The notes beneath the pieces are model-generated. The model was not told the DNA's origin. It did not search any database and was given only the letters and a program-made list of their open reading frames with translations. A DNA stretch of 64,000 nucleotides from a virus (Duplodnaviria; Heunggongvirae; Uroviricota; Caudoviricetes). The DNA lies in the IMG/VR virus record IMGVR_UViG_3300031992_004563, positions 96,001 through 160,000 of that record; one strand, 5' to 3'. How positions within the stretch are numbered: the stretch's first letter is position 1; each line of letters opens with the position of its first letter. Below are positions 43,896 to 53,166 of this stretch, piece by piece. The translations under genes and the position numbers were made by a program.

Positions 43896-44675
43896 ATGAA
43901 AAATTATAAACAAATATTAGAAGCCGTAAATAGAGGTATTAAACTTGCACTAGATGACTTTGAGAATGATGAACCAAATAGTTCATTATCACAAAAGAGT
44001 GATATCATAGATAGTGAGGATGTTATTAAATAGAAATATGAATTCAATAATTTAATTAAAAAATTTGAATTAGAACAACAAGTAGTTAGTGATGTTTTAA
44101 GACTCGCTGAATTATCTAAAATAACCGGTTTAAAATATAAAATATCTAAAGAACGTCTTTATAATTTCATTAAACAATATTTAAATTATACAGAATCATT
44201 ATATCATGCAGATTTAAACTGGATTGACACCTCTGGAATATATACAATGGACAATTTATTTTATAAGTCTAAATTTGACGGGGATATTTCAGAATGGGAT
44301 GTGTCTAATGTTGAAAATATGTCATAGATGTTTTGTTATTCATGGTTTGAAGGTGATATTTCCAAATGGGATGTCAGTAAAGTTAAAACTATGTATGAAA
44401 TGTTTAATAGTTCATGGTTTAAAGGAGATATTTCTAATTGGAATGTTAGTAATGTAGAAAGCATGCGTGGAATGTTTCAATATACAAGTTTTAATAATGA
44501 TATATCAAAATGGAATGTTAGCAAATGTCGAGATTTTGAAAATATGTTTATGAATGATACAATATTCTGTCAAGATTTGTCAAATTGGAAAATAAAGAGA
44601 GGCAGCAAAATGGGTATGACATTTTGGGGAACTAAAATAGTTAATTATAATAACTATATGCCTTAGTTTGTTTAA
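43896..44675 (+). CDS. leader module + DUF285/BspA-like repeats (259 aa, 3 TAG)
   Basis: MKNYKQILEAVNRGIKLALDDFEN; DLNWIDTS; F.GDIS.WDVS.V..M..MF repeats. Confidence 0.88.
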
Positions 44676-44707
44676 AAATAAATAATAAAAATAAAATAAA
44701 TTGAAAA

Positions 44708-44851
44708 ATGGCAAAAGCAAGTGGTTCTAGCTTTTCTTATTTAAAGAAAGCACATAAAAAACGTCCGGGTGTTATTTCTAAATGCAGAACATCTAATAGT
44801 AAACAATCAAAGCATTATAGAAAAGCATATAGAGGACAAGGAAGAGCATAA
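44708..44851 (+). CDS. small basic protein ending YRGQGR (47 aa; below track cutoff)
   Basis: MAKASGSSFSYLKKAHKKRPGVISKCRTSNSKQSKHYRKAYRGQGRA. Confidence 0.75.
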   Translation: MAKASGSSFSYLKKAHKKRPGVISKCRTSNSKQSKHYRKAYRGQGRA

Positions 44852-44872
44852 TTAAAGAAATAATTATATATT

Positions 44873-46264
44873 ATGAGTGAATTAAAAATAACATCTAATA
44901 GTTTAGAGAATGCTATTTTAACAGATGGTAATTTTGTTAGTGGCTATGCAGTTGGCAATGCATATATTGATGCATCTGGCAATGGTGCTCATGCTGAAGG
45001 CTATACAGATGGTAATAATATGATAATTGCATCTGGCAATGGAGCACATGCTGAAGGAATAAGTACATAGGCATTAGCAAATGGTGCTCATGCTGGTGGC
45101 ATAGGAACTATTGCAAAATCACCAGCATTGACAGCAATTGGCAAATATAATAATACATCAACAAATGCCTTTTTTGTTGTAGGTAATGGAACTTGGGCTA
45201 GTCGTAAAGATGCATTTGTAATAGACACGGGTGGAAATGTTTCAATTGGCGGTGCAGCAACTGCAAAAGTTAATAATATTTCAAATGTTTAGCTTGGTGT
45301 ACCAATTGGTTCAATGACAATGTGGTTAGGAGCTTCAGTTTGGGCTGGGTACAGTTATGCAGTAGAAAATTACCCAGATTGTATTCCAGATGGATGGTTA
45401 TTAGCAAATGGAGCATCAGTTAGACTTAGATATATTGGCCAACAAGATAGGCCACATGACTAGCATGTTACAACTTTTCATAATAATACAGATTATGTTT
45501 ATATACCTAGATATAATAATATAATAACTAAGACATATGATGATGATAATGATTTTGATTATTGGGATAAATTTGAACTTGTAGCATATAGGCACAATGA
45601 ACATTAGTGGGTTGCTATTGGTAGTGAATATTCAAAATTTAATAGACCTGATGAATGTTATGTAGGTATGAATTCTTTAGAAAAAGAAATATTTACTAGA
45701 TTTCTAAATCATATAATATTATCTACAAGAGTTTATGTTAAGGTAACCTCAGTTATTCCATATTATCAATAGTAGATAACTAAAGATACTTCTTATAATA
45801 ATGATACTTATGATCCAGATTCAGGTATTACAGATGCGAATTATTTAGAAACATATGGTACACAATTAGATAAACTATCATGGTATTCTAATCTTATTAC
45901 TTATAGCAATAATCCTAATACTGGTAAAATTGATGACATTTTAATTGCTCTTCCAGATATGAATTTAAAATTTCCGCTTGGTGCTAGACAGGGAGATATT
46001 AATAAAAATTTTGGTGATGTTGCAACTAGAATAGGAAATCCAATTTTTCATTATGCTAATACATTTATCGGCGCAGATGGTGGTGAAGAAACACATAATT
46101 TGAAATTAGATGAAATGTATGGCAAACCTATAAATGAAAACGCACAGAATGGCAGTGGTGATTCTTATGAAACATATGCATTTAATGAAAGCCCTCAAGT
46201 AACACACCCACACAACAATATCCCGCCATATATGGCAGTCCACTTTATTATTAAATATAAATAA
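44873..46264 (+). CDS. tail fibre-like protein: YadA-head-like repeats + tail collar domain (463 aa, 6 TAG)
   Basis: ASGNGAHAEG repeats, FVVGNGT; VPIGSMTMW..PDGWLLANGA...LPDM..KFPLG...GGEETH.L...PHNNIPPYMAVHFIIKY; single frame verified. Confidence 0.85.
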
Positions 46265-46285
46265 TTTTATTTCATAATAATTATT

Positions 46286-46318
46286 CAAAAATCCTCAGAT
46301 CATTTCTGGGGATTTTTT
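46286..46318 (+). terminator. intrinsic terminator
   Basis: aaaaatcctcaga-tcatt-tctggggattttt. Confidence 0.75.
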
Positions 46319-46321
46319 ATT

Positions 46322-46348
46322 AAACTTTCATAATTTTTAAATTATAAT
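46322..46348 (+). promoter_or_regulatory. putative phage promoter AAACTTT-N14-TATAAT
   Basis: Recurrent motif immediately after a terminator. Confidence 0.6.
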
Positions 46349-46377
46349 AATAGAAAAGATATTTAAAATTTTAAGTT

Positions 46378-46863
46378 ATGTTTAGCATTAAGTATATTAA
46401 TAATTTAAATCCAGTTAATTTTAAATGTACATATTTATTTGATGAATCTTGCGCAGAATTAAAAAATTCAGAGTCTTTACATAAAATGTTTGGCTTTGCA
46501 TATGGTGGAAATTATATGCAATTTTATTATGAATATAATAAAGAAATGAATAAAATTTATATTAAAGCCAAAGTTAAAAATAAACATAAAGATGAAAATT
46601 TTATACAATTAATATATGGTTGTGATTTTAATGAAGCACATGATTATAAAGTTGAAATTAACCGTAAAGTAACTTCATTCCAAACACAAAGTAAGAAATC
46701 TATATATAAATGGTTAGGAAATGTTGATGATATAATTATTAAAGTTGATGATAAAATTATCACTAAACATAATTTTTATAGTAATGATGTTCCATTACTT
46801 AATATGGGATTTGTTATTGTATATGGAAAAGGAATAAATTTTTATAAAAATAAAATAAATTAA
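46378..46863 (+). CDS. hypothetical protein
   Basis: 161-aa ORF. Confidence 0.7.
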   Translation: MFSIKYINNLNPVNFKCTYLFDESCAELKNSESLHKMFGFAYGGNYMQFYYEYNKEMNKIYIKAKVKNKHKDENFIQLIYGCDFNEAHDYKVEINRKVTSFQTQSKKSIYKWLGNVDDIIIKVDDKIITKHNFYSNDVPLLNMGFVIVYGKGINFYKNKIN

Positions 46864-46864
46864 T

Positions 46865-47080
46865 ATGATAGCAATTGATTATAGTAATAAGAAAGAAAAA
46901 TCTTATAAATTTAAAAACTTTTTAAATATGTCTAAAATTATGTAGGTATTTGCAAAAACAATTGCATCAGATTTAGTTTCAGTAAAACCGTTTGAGCCTA
47001 TTGGCAAAGTATTTTATACAGATTTTGCACTTCCATATTATTGGAAAAGACCACGTAGATGTATAATTTTAATTAATTGA
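46865..47080 (+). CDS. small protein containing a T4 gp23-like major capsid motif (71 aa, 1 TAG)
   Basis: IM*VFAKTIASDLVSVKPFEPIGKVFYTDF resembles gp23 RR..P.LIA.D..GVQPM..PTG.VF. Confidence 0.55.
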
Positions 47081-47171
47081 TGTATAATTTTTAATTATTT
47101 ATTTTTATAGAAAAATATAGAAAAGTTTAGAAAAATATTTAGATAAATAAAATAAATAATATATAGAAATA

Positions 47172-47318
47172 ATGAAATTAAGTTAGTATGCTAAAGAACT
47201 TGGGGTTTGTTATAAAACTGCATGGAATTTATATAAAGCCAATAAAATTCCAGGTGCATATCAATTACCAACCGGAACTATTATAGTACCAAATAATATA
47301 AATGAAGAAAATAAATAA
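47172..47318 (+). CDS. IS607 TnpA N-terminal MerR-like HTH only (48 aa, 1 TAG)
   Basis: MKLS*YAKELGVCYKTAWNLYKANKIPGAYQLPTGTIIV; no serine recombinase domain; TAATG coupling to tnpB. Confidence 0.8.
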
Positions 47319-48505
47319 TGATATTATCTGAACGACATATTATAAAACAAACAAACCAATATTATAAAGATTTAGATAATTTATGTTTTTTATCTAAAAA
47401 TCTTTATAATAGTGCTTTATATGCAATTAGATAGCATTATTTTAATACTAAACAATATTTAAATAAATTTGAATTAATAAATTAGTTTACTAAAAATAAT
47501 CAAAAAGATTATATTGCATTACCAAGAAAGGTTTCTCAGCAAATAATATATTAGGTTGATTAGAATATTAAATCATTTTTCAATTCAATAAAATCAAATA
47601 ATATAAATCATAAAATTTTAATGCCAAAATATTTAAATAAAGATGGAAGATTTGAAGTAATATATACAAATCAAGCAATATTTAATAAGTTATTAAAACA
47701 AAATATTTTATAGTTATCAGGATTAAAGGATTTTAAACTTCATATTATTCATAATAATATTAAATAGGTTAGATTAATTCATAAAGGGAATCATATAGTT
47801 ATTGAAATTTTATATGAATAGAAAGAAAAAGAATATGTGAATAACAATAGATATTGTAGTATTGATTTAGGAATAAACAATTTATGCACAATTGGTTCTA
47901 ATGTCATTAAATCAATTATTTTAAATGGTAAACCATTAAAATCAATAAATCAATATTATAATAAAAAATTAGCATAGTTAAAATCTGAATAGGATTTAAG
48001 AAAAAATAAACAATATAATAAAAAGAAAATACAAAGTTTAACATTTAAAAGAAATAATAAAGTTAATGATTATTTACATAAATCAAGTCGATATATAGTT
48101 AATCATTTAGTTTCCAACAATATAACAAATTTAGTTATTGGATTAAATAAAGAGTGGAAACAAGAGACTAATATTGGCAAAAGAAATAATCAAAATTTTG
48201 TTCAAATACCTCATACTAAATTAATTGAGTAGCTTAAATATAAATGTCAATTAGAAGGTATAAAAGTTATGATTAGAGAAGAAAGTTATACAAGCAAATG
48301 CTCATTTATTGATAATGAAGAAATTTGTAAACATGAATAGTATTTAGGTAAAAGAATTTGTAGAGGTTTATTTAAAACTAAAGAAAATAAAATAATCAAT
48401 GCAGATTTAAATGGTGCATTAAATATTTTAAGAAAAGAAATTCCAGAAATTTAGTATGGAATAGAGGTGTGTAGTACGCCAATGGTTCATACCATTAAAA
48501 AATAA
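47318..48505 (+). CDS. tnpB: RNA-guided endonuclease TnpB family (395 aa, 12 TAG); absent from the ORF track
   Basis: SKNLYN, IDLGINNL, NGKPLKSINQYYNK, DYLHKSS, WKQ..N.GK.NNQNFVQIP, EESYTSKCS, RGLF, INADLNGALNI. Confidence 0.92.
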
Positions 48506-48573
48506 CTTGTAGAATATTTTTCTATATTTTATTTAACTATTCAATTAATTGAAAACAATATTAAATAAAAATA

Positions 48574-49701
48574 ATGGATAATAAAGGATATTATAAAACA
48601 TTAGGGGTTGGAGAAAATGCGTCTGAAGATGAAATCAAAAAGAGTTTTAGAAAGCTCTCCATTAAATATCATCCAGATAAGCAGGCCAATAAATCAGATA
48701 AGGAAAAGAAAGATGCAGAAGCCAAGTTTAAAGAAATAAATGAGGCTTATCAAGTTTTGTCTGATCCTGATAAACGTGCTCAATATGATAGAGGTGGTTC
48801 ATTCGATTTTGGTGGAACAGGCGGTGGATCTGACTTTGGCGGATTTGATTTTGGTGGAATGAATTTTGATGAATTTGGATTTAATGGTGCATTTGATTTT
48901 TCTAAATTTTTTGGTGATGGAAGTCATTATGGATATTCACGCCCAAAACAAAAAGCACCTGAAAAAGGATCAGACATTAAAATGTCTATTCCAGTTTCTA
49001 TTGAAGAAATATTCAATGGATGCACAAAAAAAGTTAAATATCAAAGAAATGTAAGATGTCCAAATTGCCATGGTGCAGGCGGAACAAATAAACACACCTG
49101 TCCAGATTGTAATGGAACTGGTATGACAAAAACAACTGTTCGTTCTCCATTTGGATTTACAACTTCTATGGGTCCATGTAAAAGATGTGGTGGAAAAGGT
49201 TATGTTATTGATTCTAAATGCCCAACATGTGGAGGAACAGGATTTAAGAAAGAAGATACTATATTAGAAATTAATTTTATGCCTGGCATGCTTGATGGAT
49301 TTTCAATGCTATATAGAGGAAAGGGTAATGAGTCTTCTGATTTGAAAGGTGAAACTGGAGATTTTTATGCAGTATGCAAACATACATATGATACAAGTAG
49401 ATATCAAATAATTAATAATATTGATGTTTATGAAAAAATTGAAATTCCATATTATGATGCATTATTAGGTTGTGAATATATTTTAGAAAAGCCTAATCAT
49501 AAAAAGATAAAAGTTAATATTCCATCATGTATTCCATATGGAAAACATTTAAAACTTGCAAATGAGGGAATAACTTCTGGTAATATAAAAGGTGATTATA
49601 TATTGATTGTTATATATAAAATACCTGAAAAATTATCTTGGAGAGAACGAAATGCATTAGAAGCACTTAAGCTTGATTTAAATAAAGATAATAACAAATA
49701 A
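48574..49701 (+). CDS. dnaJ: chaperone DnaJ
   Basis: J-domain with HPD, G/F region, four CxxCxGxG repeats. Confidence 0.97.
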   Translation: MDNKGYYKTLGVGENASEDEIKKSFRKLSIKYHPDKQANKSDKEKKDAEAKFKEINEAYQVLSDPDKRAQYDRGGSFDFGGTGGGSDFGGFDFGGMNFDEFGFNGAFDFSKFFGDGSHYGYSRPKQKAPEKGSDIKMSIPVSIEEIFNGCTKKVKYQRNVRCPNCHGAGGTNKHTCPDCNGTGMTKTTVRSPFGFTTSMGPCKRCGGKGYVIDSKCPTCGGTGFKKEDTILEINFMPGMLDGFSMLYRGKGNESSDLKGETGDFYAVCKHTYDTSRYQIINNIDVYEKIEIPYYDALLGCEYILEKPNHKKIKVNIPSCIPYGKHLKLANEGITSGNIKGDYILIVIYKIPEKLSWRERNALEALKLDLNKDNNK

Positions 49702-49758
49702 TAAAATATTGCACCAGATGTTAAATAGACAATATCTGGTGTATTTTCTATAATATAT

Positions 49759-50802
49759 ATGATATATAATATAATTGGAGATATACATGGAAGAACTTCT
49801 TGGAAAGAATTAGTTCAAGAAGATGCTATTAATATTTTTATAGGGGATTATTTTGATCCTTATTTAGATTATAATGATATCCCATTTATAGAATGTAAAG
49901 CAAATTTTCTTGAAATTATAGAATATAAAAAACAGCATCCAGAAACAGTATTGTTAATTGGAAATCATGATATTGCATATTGGCATATTCCTGGTGATAA
50001 TAATAGATATGAACATAAATATAGACCAGAAATTTATCAATTATTCGAAGACAATAAAGATTTATTTCAATTAGCATATTCAATAGAGAATAAAGCATTA
50101 GTTACTCATGCAGGTGTATCAATTGTTTGGTATGAAAGATTCAAAAATGGAACATTAGCAGTGTCTCCTTGGGATTTTAATTATGACGATCCAGATGAAC
50201 TTGAAAATCCATTTAGTAAAACACATGAAAAAATTCCATTTGAAAACCCATTAAAATTTAGTTTAACTAATTCTCCTGAAGAAGCTTGGCAAATATATGC
50301 AAATAAAGCTTATAAATATTGGGCAGATGAAAATAAAAAACCAAGTAATGGAATTTATATTGAGTATAAAGATAAATTGTGGAGATATAATAAAGAAATA
50401 GAAAAATTTGAAGAATATCATATAACTCCAGATGAAGTTGCAGATTTTATAAATAGCCTTTGGTTTAAAAAAGAAAAATATAATGCTTTTGAATTTATGA
50501 GGTCAATGGACGACAATCAAGGAAATAATCCAAGACAAAGTCCTGCATGGATAAGAGAAGAAGCATTAAGAGAATCTAATATTTTTAAATTTACTGATTA
50601 TTGGCAATTTTTTGGGCATACACAATGCTTTTGGTATATTGAAAAATTAAATCTCCCAAAAGATTTAACATTAGATAAAATTGAATTACGAATGATTGAT
50701 AAGAAGAATAAGTTTGTTAATTGTGATTGTTTATCTTATAGTCCAATGTCAATATTATATAATAGCGATACAGAAGAAATCAGAATAAATAAGAAAAATT
50801 AA
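49759..50802 (+). CDS. calcineurin-like metallophosphoesterase
   Basis: GDIHG, GDYFD, GNHD, THAG, GHT. Confidence 0.9.
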   Translation: MIYNIIGDIHGRTSWKELVQEDAINIFIGDYFDPYLDYNDIPFIECKANFLEIIEYKKQHPETVLLIGNHDIAYWHIPGDNNRYEHKYRPEIYQLFEDNKDLFQLAYSIENKALVTHAGVSIVWYERFKNGTLAVSPWDFNYDDPDELENPFSKTHEKIPFENPLKFSLTNSPEEAWQIYANKAYKYWADENKKPSNGIYIEYKDKLWRYNKEIEKFEEYHITPDEVADFINSLWFKKEKYNAFEFMRSMDDNQGNNPRQSPAWIREEALRESNIFKFTDYWQFFGHTQCFWYIEKLNLPKDLTLDKIELRMIDKKNKFVNCDCLSYSPMSILYNSDTEEIRINKKN

Positions 50803-50813
50803 TTAATTGAATT

Positions 50814-51332
50814 ATGAGTGATAAAAACACAGGTTGGGGTAGTTTTTTAGGAAACTATTTTAAGAATTTTTCACAAAAAGAAAAACAACCAGAAAAGAAA
50901 ATTAGCACAAATTATAATGAGTTTGAAAAAACTTTTTATAAAAAACAAGAGGTTATTGCAGAAGAACCACAAATTCCAGATGCAGAATATGAAAAAGAGG
51001 TTGAATTAGCAAAACAATTCCTTACAGAAAATGAAGAACCAGTAATTGAAACTGTTACTTCTGATAAATCTGATACTTATTCTGAACCATTACCTACTGA
51101 AGAATTTACTCAAGAAGAAATTGAGGAATTCAAAAGATTAAATGGCATTGGTGATGTAAAAGTTAAAACTGAACAAAAAGTTGTTGAGCAACCAACAGAA
51201 ACAAAAGTCAAATCTGTAAAAGTTTCTAAACCAAAAGTTGAAAAAGAACAAAAAGTTGAAGTTAAAAAAGAAGCTAAAAAAGAAACTAAAAAGGATACTA
51301 AACCTCGTACACCAAGAAAACCTAAAAAATAA
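50814..51332 (+). CDS. hypothetical protein, acidic middle and K-rich tail
   Basis: 172-aa ORF. Confidence 0.75.
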   Translation: MSDKNTGWGSFLGNYFKNFSQKEKQPEKKISTNYNEFEKTFYKKQEVIAEEPQIPDAEYEKEVELAKQFLTENEEPVIETVTSDKSDTYSEPLPTEEFTQEEIEEFKRLNGIGDVKVKTEQKVVEQPTETKVKSVKVSKPKVEKEQKVEVKKEAKKETKKDTKPRTPRKPKK

Positions 51333-51335
51333 AAG

Positions 51336-51367
51336 TGAAGGAGAATTTAATTTCTCCTTTATTTTTT
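51336..51367 (+). terminator. intrinsic terminator
   Basis: aaggagaa-tttaat-ttctcctt followed by T-run. Confidence 0.7.
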
Positions 51368-51368
51368 G

Positions 51369-51395
51369 AAACTTTGTATATTTTTGGATTATAAT
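51369..51395 (+). promoter_or_regulatory. putative phage promoter AAACTTT-N14-TATAAT
   Basis: Recurrent motif immediately after a terminator. Confidence 0.6.
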
Positions 51396-51421
51396 TATAA
51401 AGTTAAAATATCTTTAAAGTC

Positions 51422-51787
51422 ATGGTTAAGTATAATTTATCATTGTATGTAAATAAATTTGTAAAAATTGTATTAGAGAAAAATAAGGAAGTGCCTTATG
51501 TATATGGAAATTTAGTTGGGTATCTTAGATATGATGAAAAATTTAAAATGTATTTAATTAATCATCCATACAATCTTAGTTCTGGAAAGTGTGATTGTGG
51601 TGAAGCAGCATTTGACCCAAATGATATTAAAGATATTAAGCCTGCAACAGATAATGAAAGAAAATTATGGGCATGTGAATATATTAAATTTCATAGTGCA
51701 TGTGTAAAAGCAAAAGGACGGGATGAATGTAAATTAGATTTGCCTTTAGATGAAATTTTACCAAGTTTAAAATTAACAATGAAATAA
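51422..51787 (+). CDS. hypothetical protein
   Basis: 121-aa ORF. Confidence 0.7.
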   Translation: MVKYNLSLYVNKFVKIVLEKNKEVPYVYGNLVGYLRYDEKFKMYLINHPYNLSSGKCDCGEAAFDPNDIKDIKPATDNERKLWACEYIKFHSACVKAKGRDECKLDLPLDEILPSLKLTMK

Positions 51788-51789
51788 TT

Positions 51790-52260
51790 ATGAAAGCAGA
51801 AGATTTAATGGTAGGAGACTGGGTATGCGTTAGGTCTAACGACAAAGAAGATACTCATAACTTCAAGATAAAATCAATAATTAGCGAAGGTGTTTATGGG
51901 CCTGGCTTCGTTGGTTTTGATGAAGATTTAGAGTTTATTCCACTTACTTCAGAGATATTAGAGAAAAATGGTTTTATTGAAATTGAGAAAGAACATTTTA
52001 AAGAAACCAGTACACATATATATGCATATTTAGGAGATAATGATGAATTTGAAGATGGATTTGCTATATGTGGTAGTGATGAAGTTGGTTATTATTTAGG
52101 CTATAATCTTAATGGGTACCCAGTATTTATTGGCAAAAATGTTCCAAGCACTGATCCAAACTGCATGGGATATGTATATCAAAAACATAATGTAAATTAT
52201 GTTCACCAACTTCAACATATTTTAAACTTATTTGAGATTGAAACTAATATTATAATTTAA
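51790..52260 (+). CDS. YopX-like phage protein
   Basis: MKAEDLMVGDWV...IPLTSEILEKNGF...YVHQLQH. Confidence 0.6.
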   Translation: MKAEDLMVGDWVCVRSNDKEDTHNFKIKSIISEGVYGPGFVGFDEDLEFIPLTSEILEKNGFIEIEKEHFKETSTHIYAYLGDNDEFEDGFAICGSDEVGYYLGYNLNGYPVFIGKNVPSTDPNCMGYVYQKHNVNYVHQLQHILNLFEIETNIII

Positions 52261-52263
52261 CTT

Positions 52264-52302
52264 CTATTTTTTAGATTGCATAAAAAGTATTAATTTTGCA
52301 TC
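52264..52302 (+). promoter_or_regulatory. Bacteroidota sigmaA-type promoter CTATTTTTTAGA-N15-TAnnTTTG
   Basis: Third copy of the motif. Confidence 0.7.
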
Positions 52303-52326
52303 ATCAAATTAAAAACTGTTAAGAAT

Positions 52327-52782
52327 ATGAGCAAAATTTATATTGCAGGACCATTTTCAAAACCAGAGGAACGAGAGTCTCTTAAAAAAATGATTGATAT
52401 TGTATCAACTCGTTATTATCGTTTGGATTTATATATTCCTATGGAGTATAAAGTTCCTGGTGATTTTCAAAAACTTGATGGAACATGGAATCTTTCTAAC
52501 CAAGAATGGGCTAGAAAAGTTTATGAAAATGATGTTAAACACCTTGACGAAGCCGAGGCTGTTTTTGCAATGTATGTTGGTCATTATTGTTCATCAGGAA
52601 CTATTTGGGAAGTTGGATATGCAAATGGAAAAGGAATTCCTGTATATGCATATATTCCTGAGTGGGCAAAAGGTGAAAATGTATCATTAATGGTAATGAA
52701 TAGTTTTAAAGGATATATTGATGATAATGGATATATCCATAGATTTACCGATGAAGATTTAGCACAGTTTAACCAAAAATAA
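52327..52782 (+). CDS. nucleoside 2-deoxyribosyltransferase family protein
   Basis: IYIAGPF, YENDV, SGTIWEVGYA..KGIPV, SLM. Confidence 0.85.
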   Translation: MSKIYIAGPFSKPEERESLKKMIDIVSTRYYRLDLYIPMEYKVPGDFQKLDGTWNLSNQEWARKVYENDVKHLDEAEAVFAMYVGHYCSSGTIWEVGYANGKGIPVYAYIPEWAKGENVSLMVMNSFKGYIDDNGYIHRFTDEDLAQFNQK

Positions 52783-52788
52783 AATAAT

Positions 52789-53166
52789 ATGGATAAAACA
52801 AATAGAATTGGAAATATTGAGTATCGTCTTGCAACATCTAATGTTGAGAAAAATCAGCATTATATAGAAATTGTATGTTGGTGTCCAAACAGTTTGTATG
52901 GTAAAGAAAATGAATTTGAAAAAAGCAATATTTCTGATAGTTGTAAAGCAAATGGTGTATTATATGATGATGAATGCTTTAAGCAACCAGAAATATGTTA
53001 TACAGTTGCTACAATTAAAATTAAGGATAATCCAAATATTATAAGTTGTGGTTTACGTGCATTTCAGCTTAATGAACAAGATGAAAAAGATTTCAAATTG
53101 GTTGTAAGATATGCATATCAATATGCAAACAAACTTTGGAAAGGATATACAGTAAAATTAGTATGA
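52789..53166 (+). CDS. hypothetical protein
   Basis: 125-aa ORF. Confidence 0.7.
   Translation: MDKTNRIGNIEYRLATSNVEKNQHYIEIVCWCPNSLYGKENEFEKSNISDSCKANGVLYDDECFKQPEICYTVATIKIKDNPNIISCGLRAFQLNEQDEKDFKLVVRYAYQYANKLWKGYTVKLV

Larger units (their letters stand above)
47100..48540 (+). mobile_element. non-autonomous IS607-derived element (HTH-only tnpA remnant + tnpB), TAG-recoded; ends approximate
   Basis: Gene content; TAGAAAA x3 at 10-bp period (47108, 47118, 47128) on the left and inverted copy AATATTTTTCTATA (48513-48526) on the right. Confidence 0.75.

Noticed and set aside
47057-47098. Tandem duplication gatgtataatttt(t)aatta beside the IS left end as a target-site duplication
   Set aside because: Both copies are on the same side of the element, and IS607-type elements do not normally create TSDs. 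Likely a local slippage duplication.
49710-49745. Hairpin gcaccagat...atctggtgt between dnaJ and the phosphoesterase as an ncRNA
   Set aside because: Too short, and adequately explained as a terminator or processing stem.
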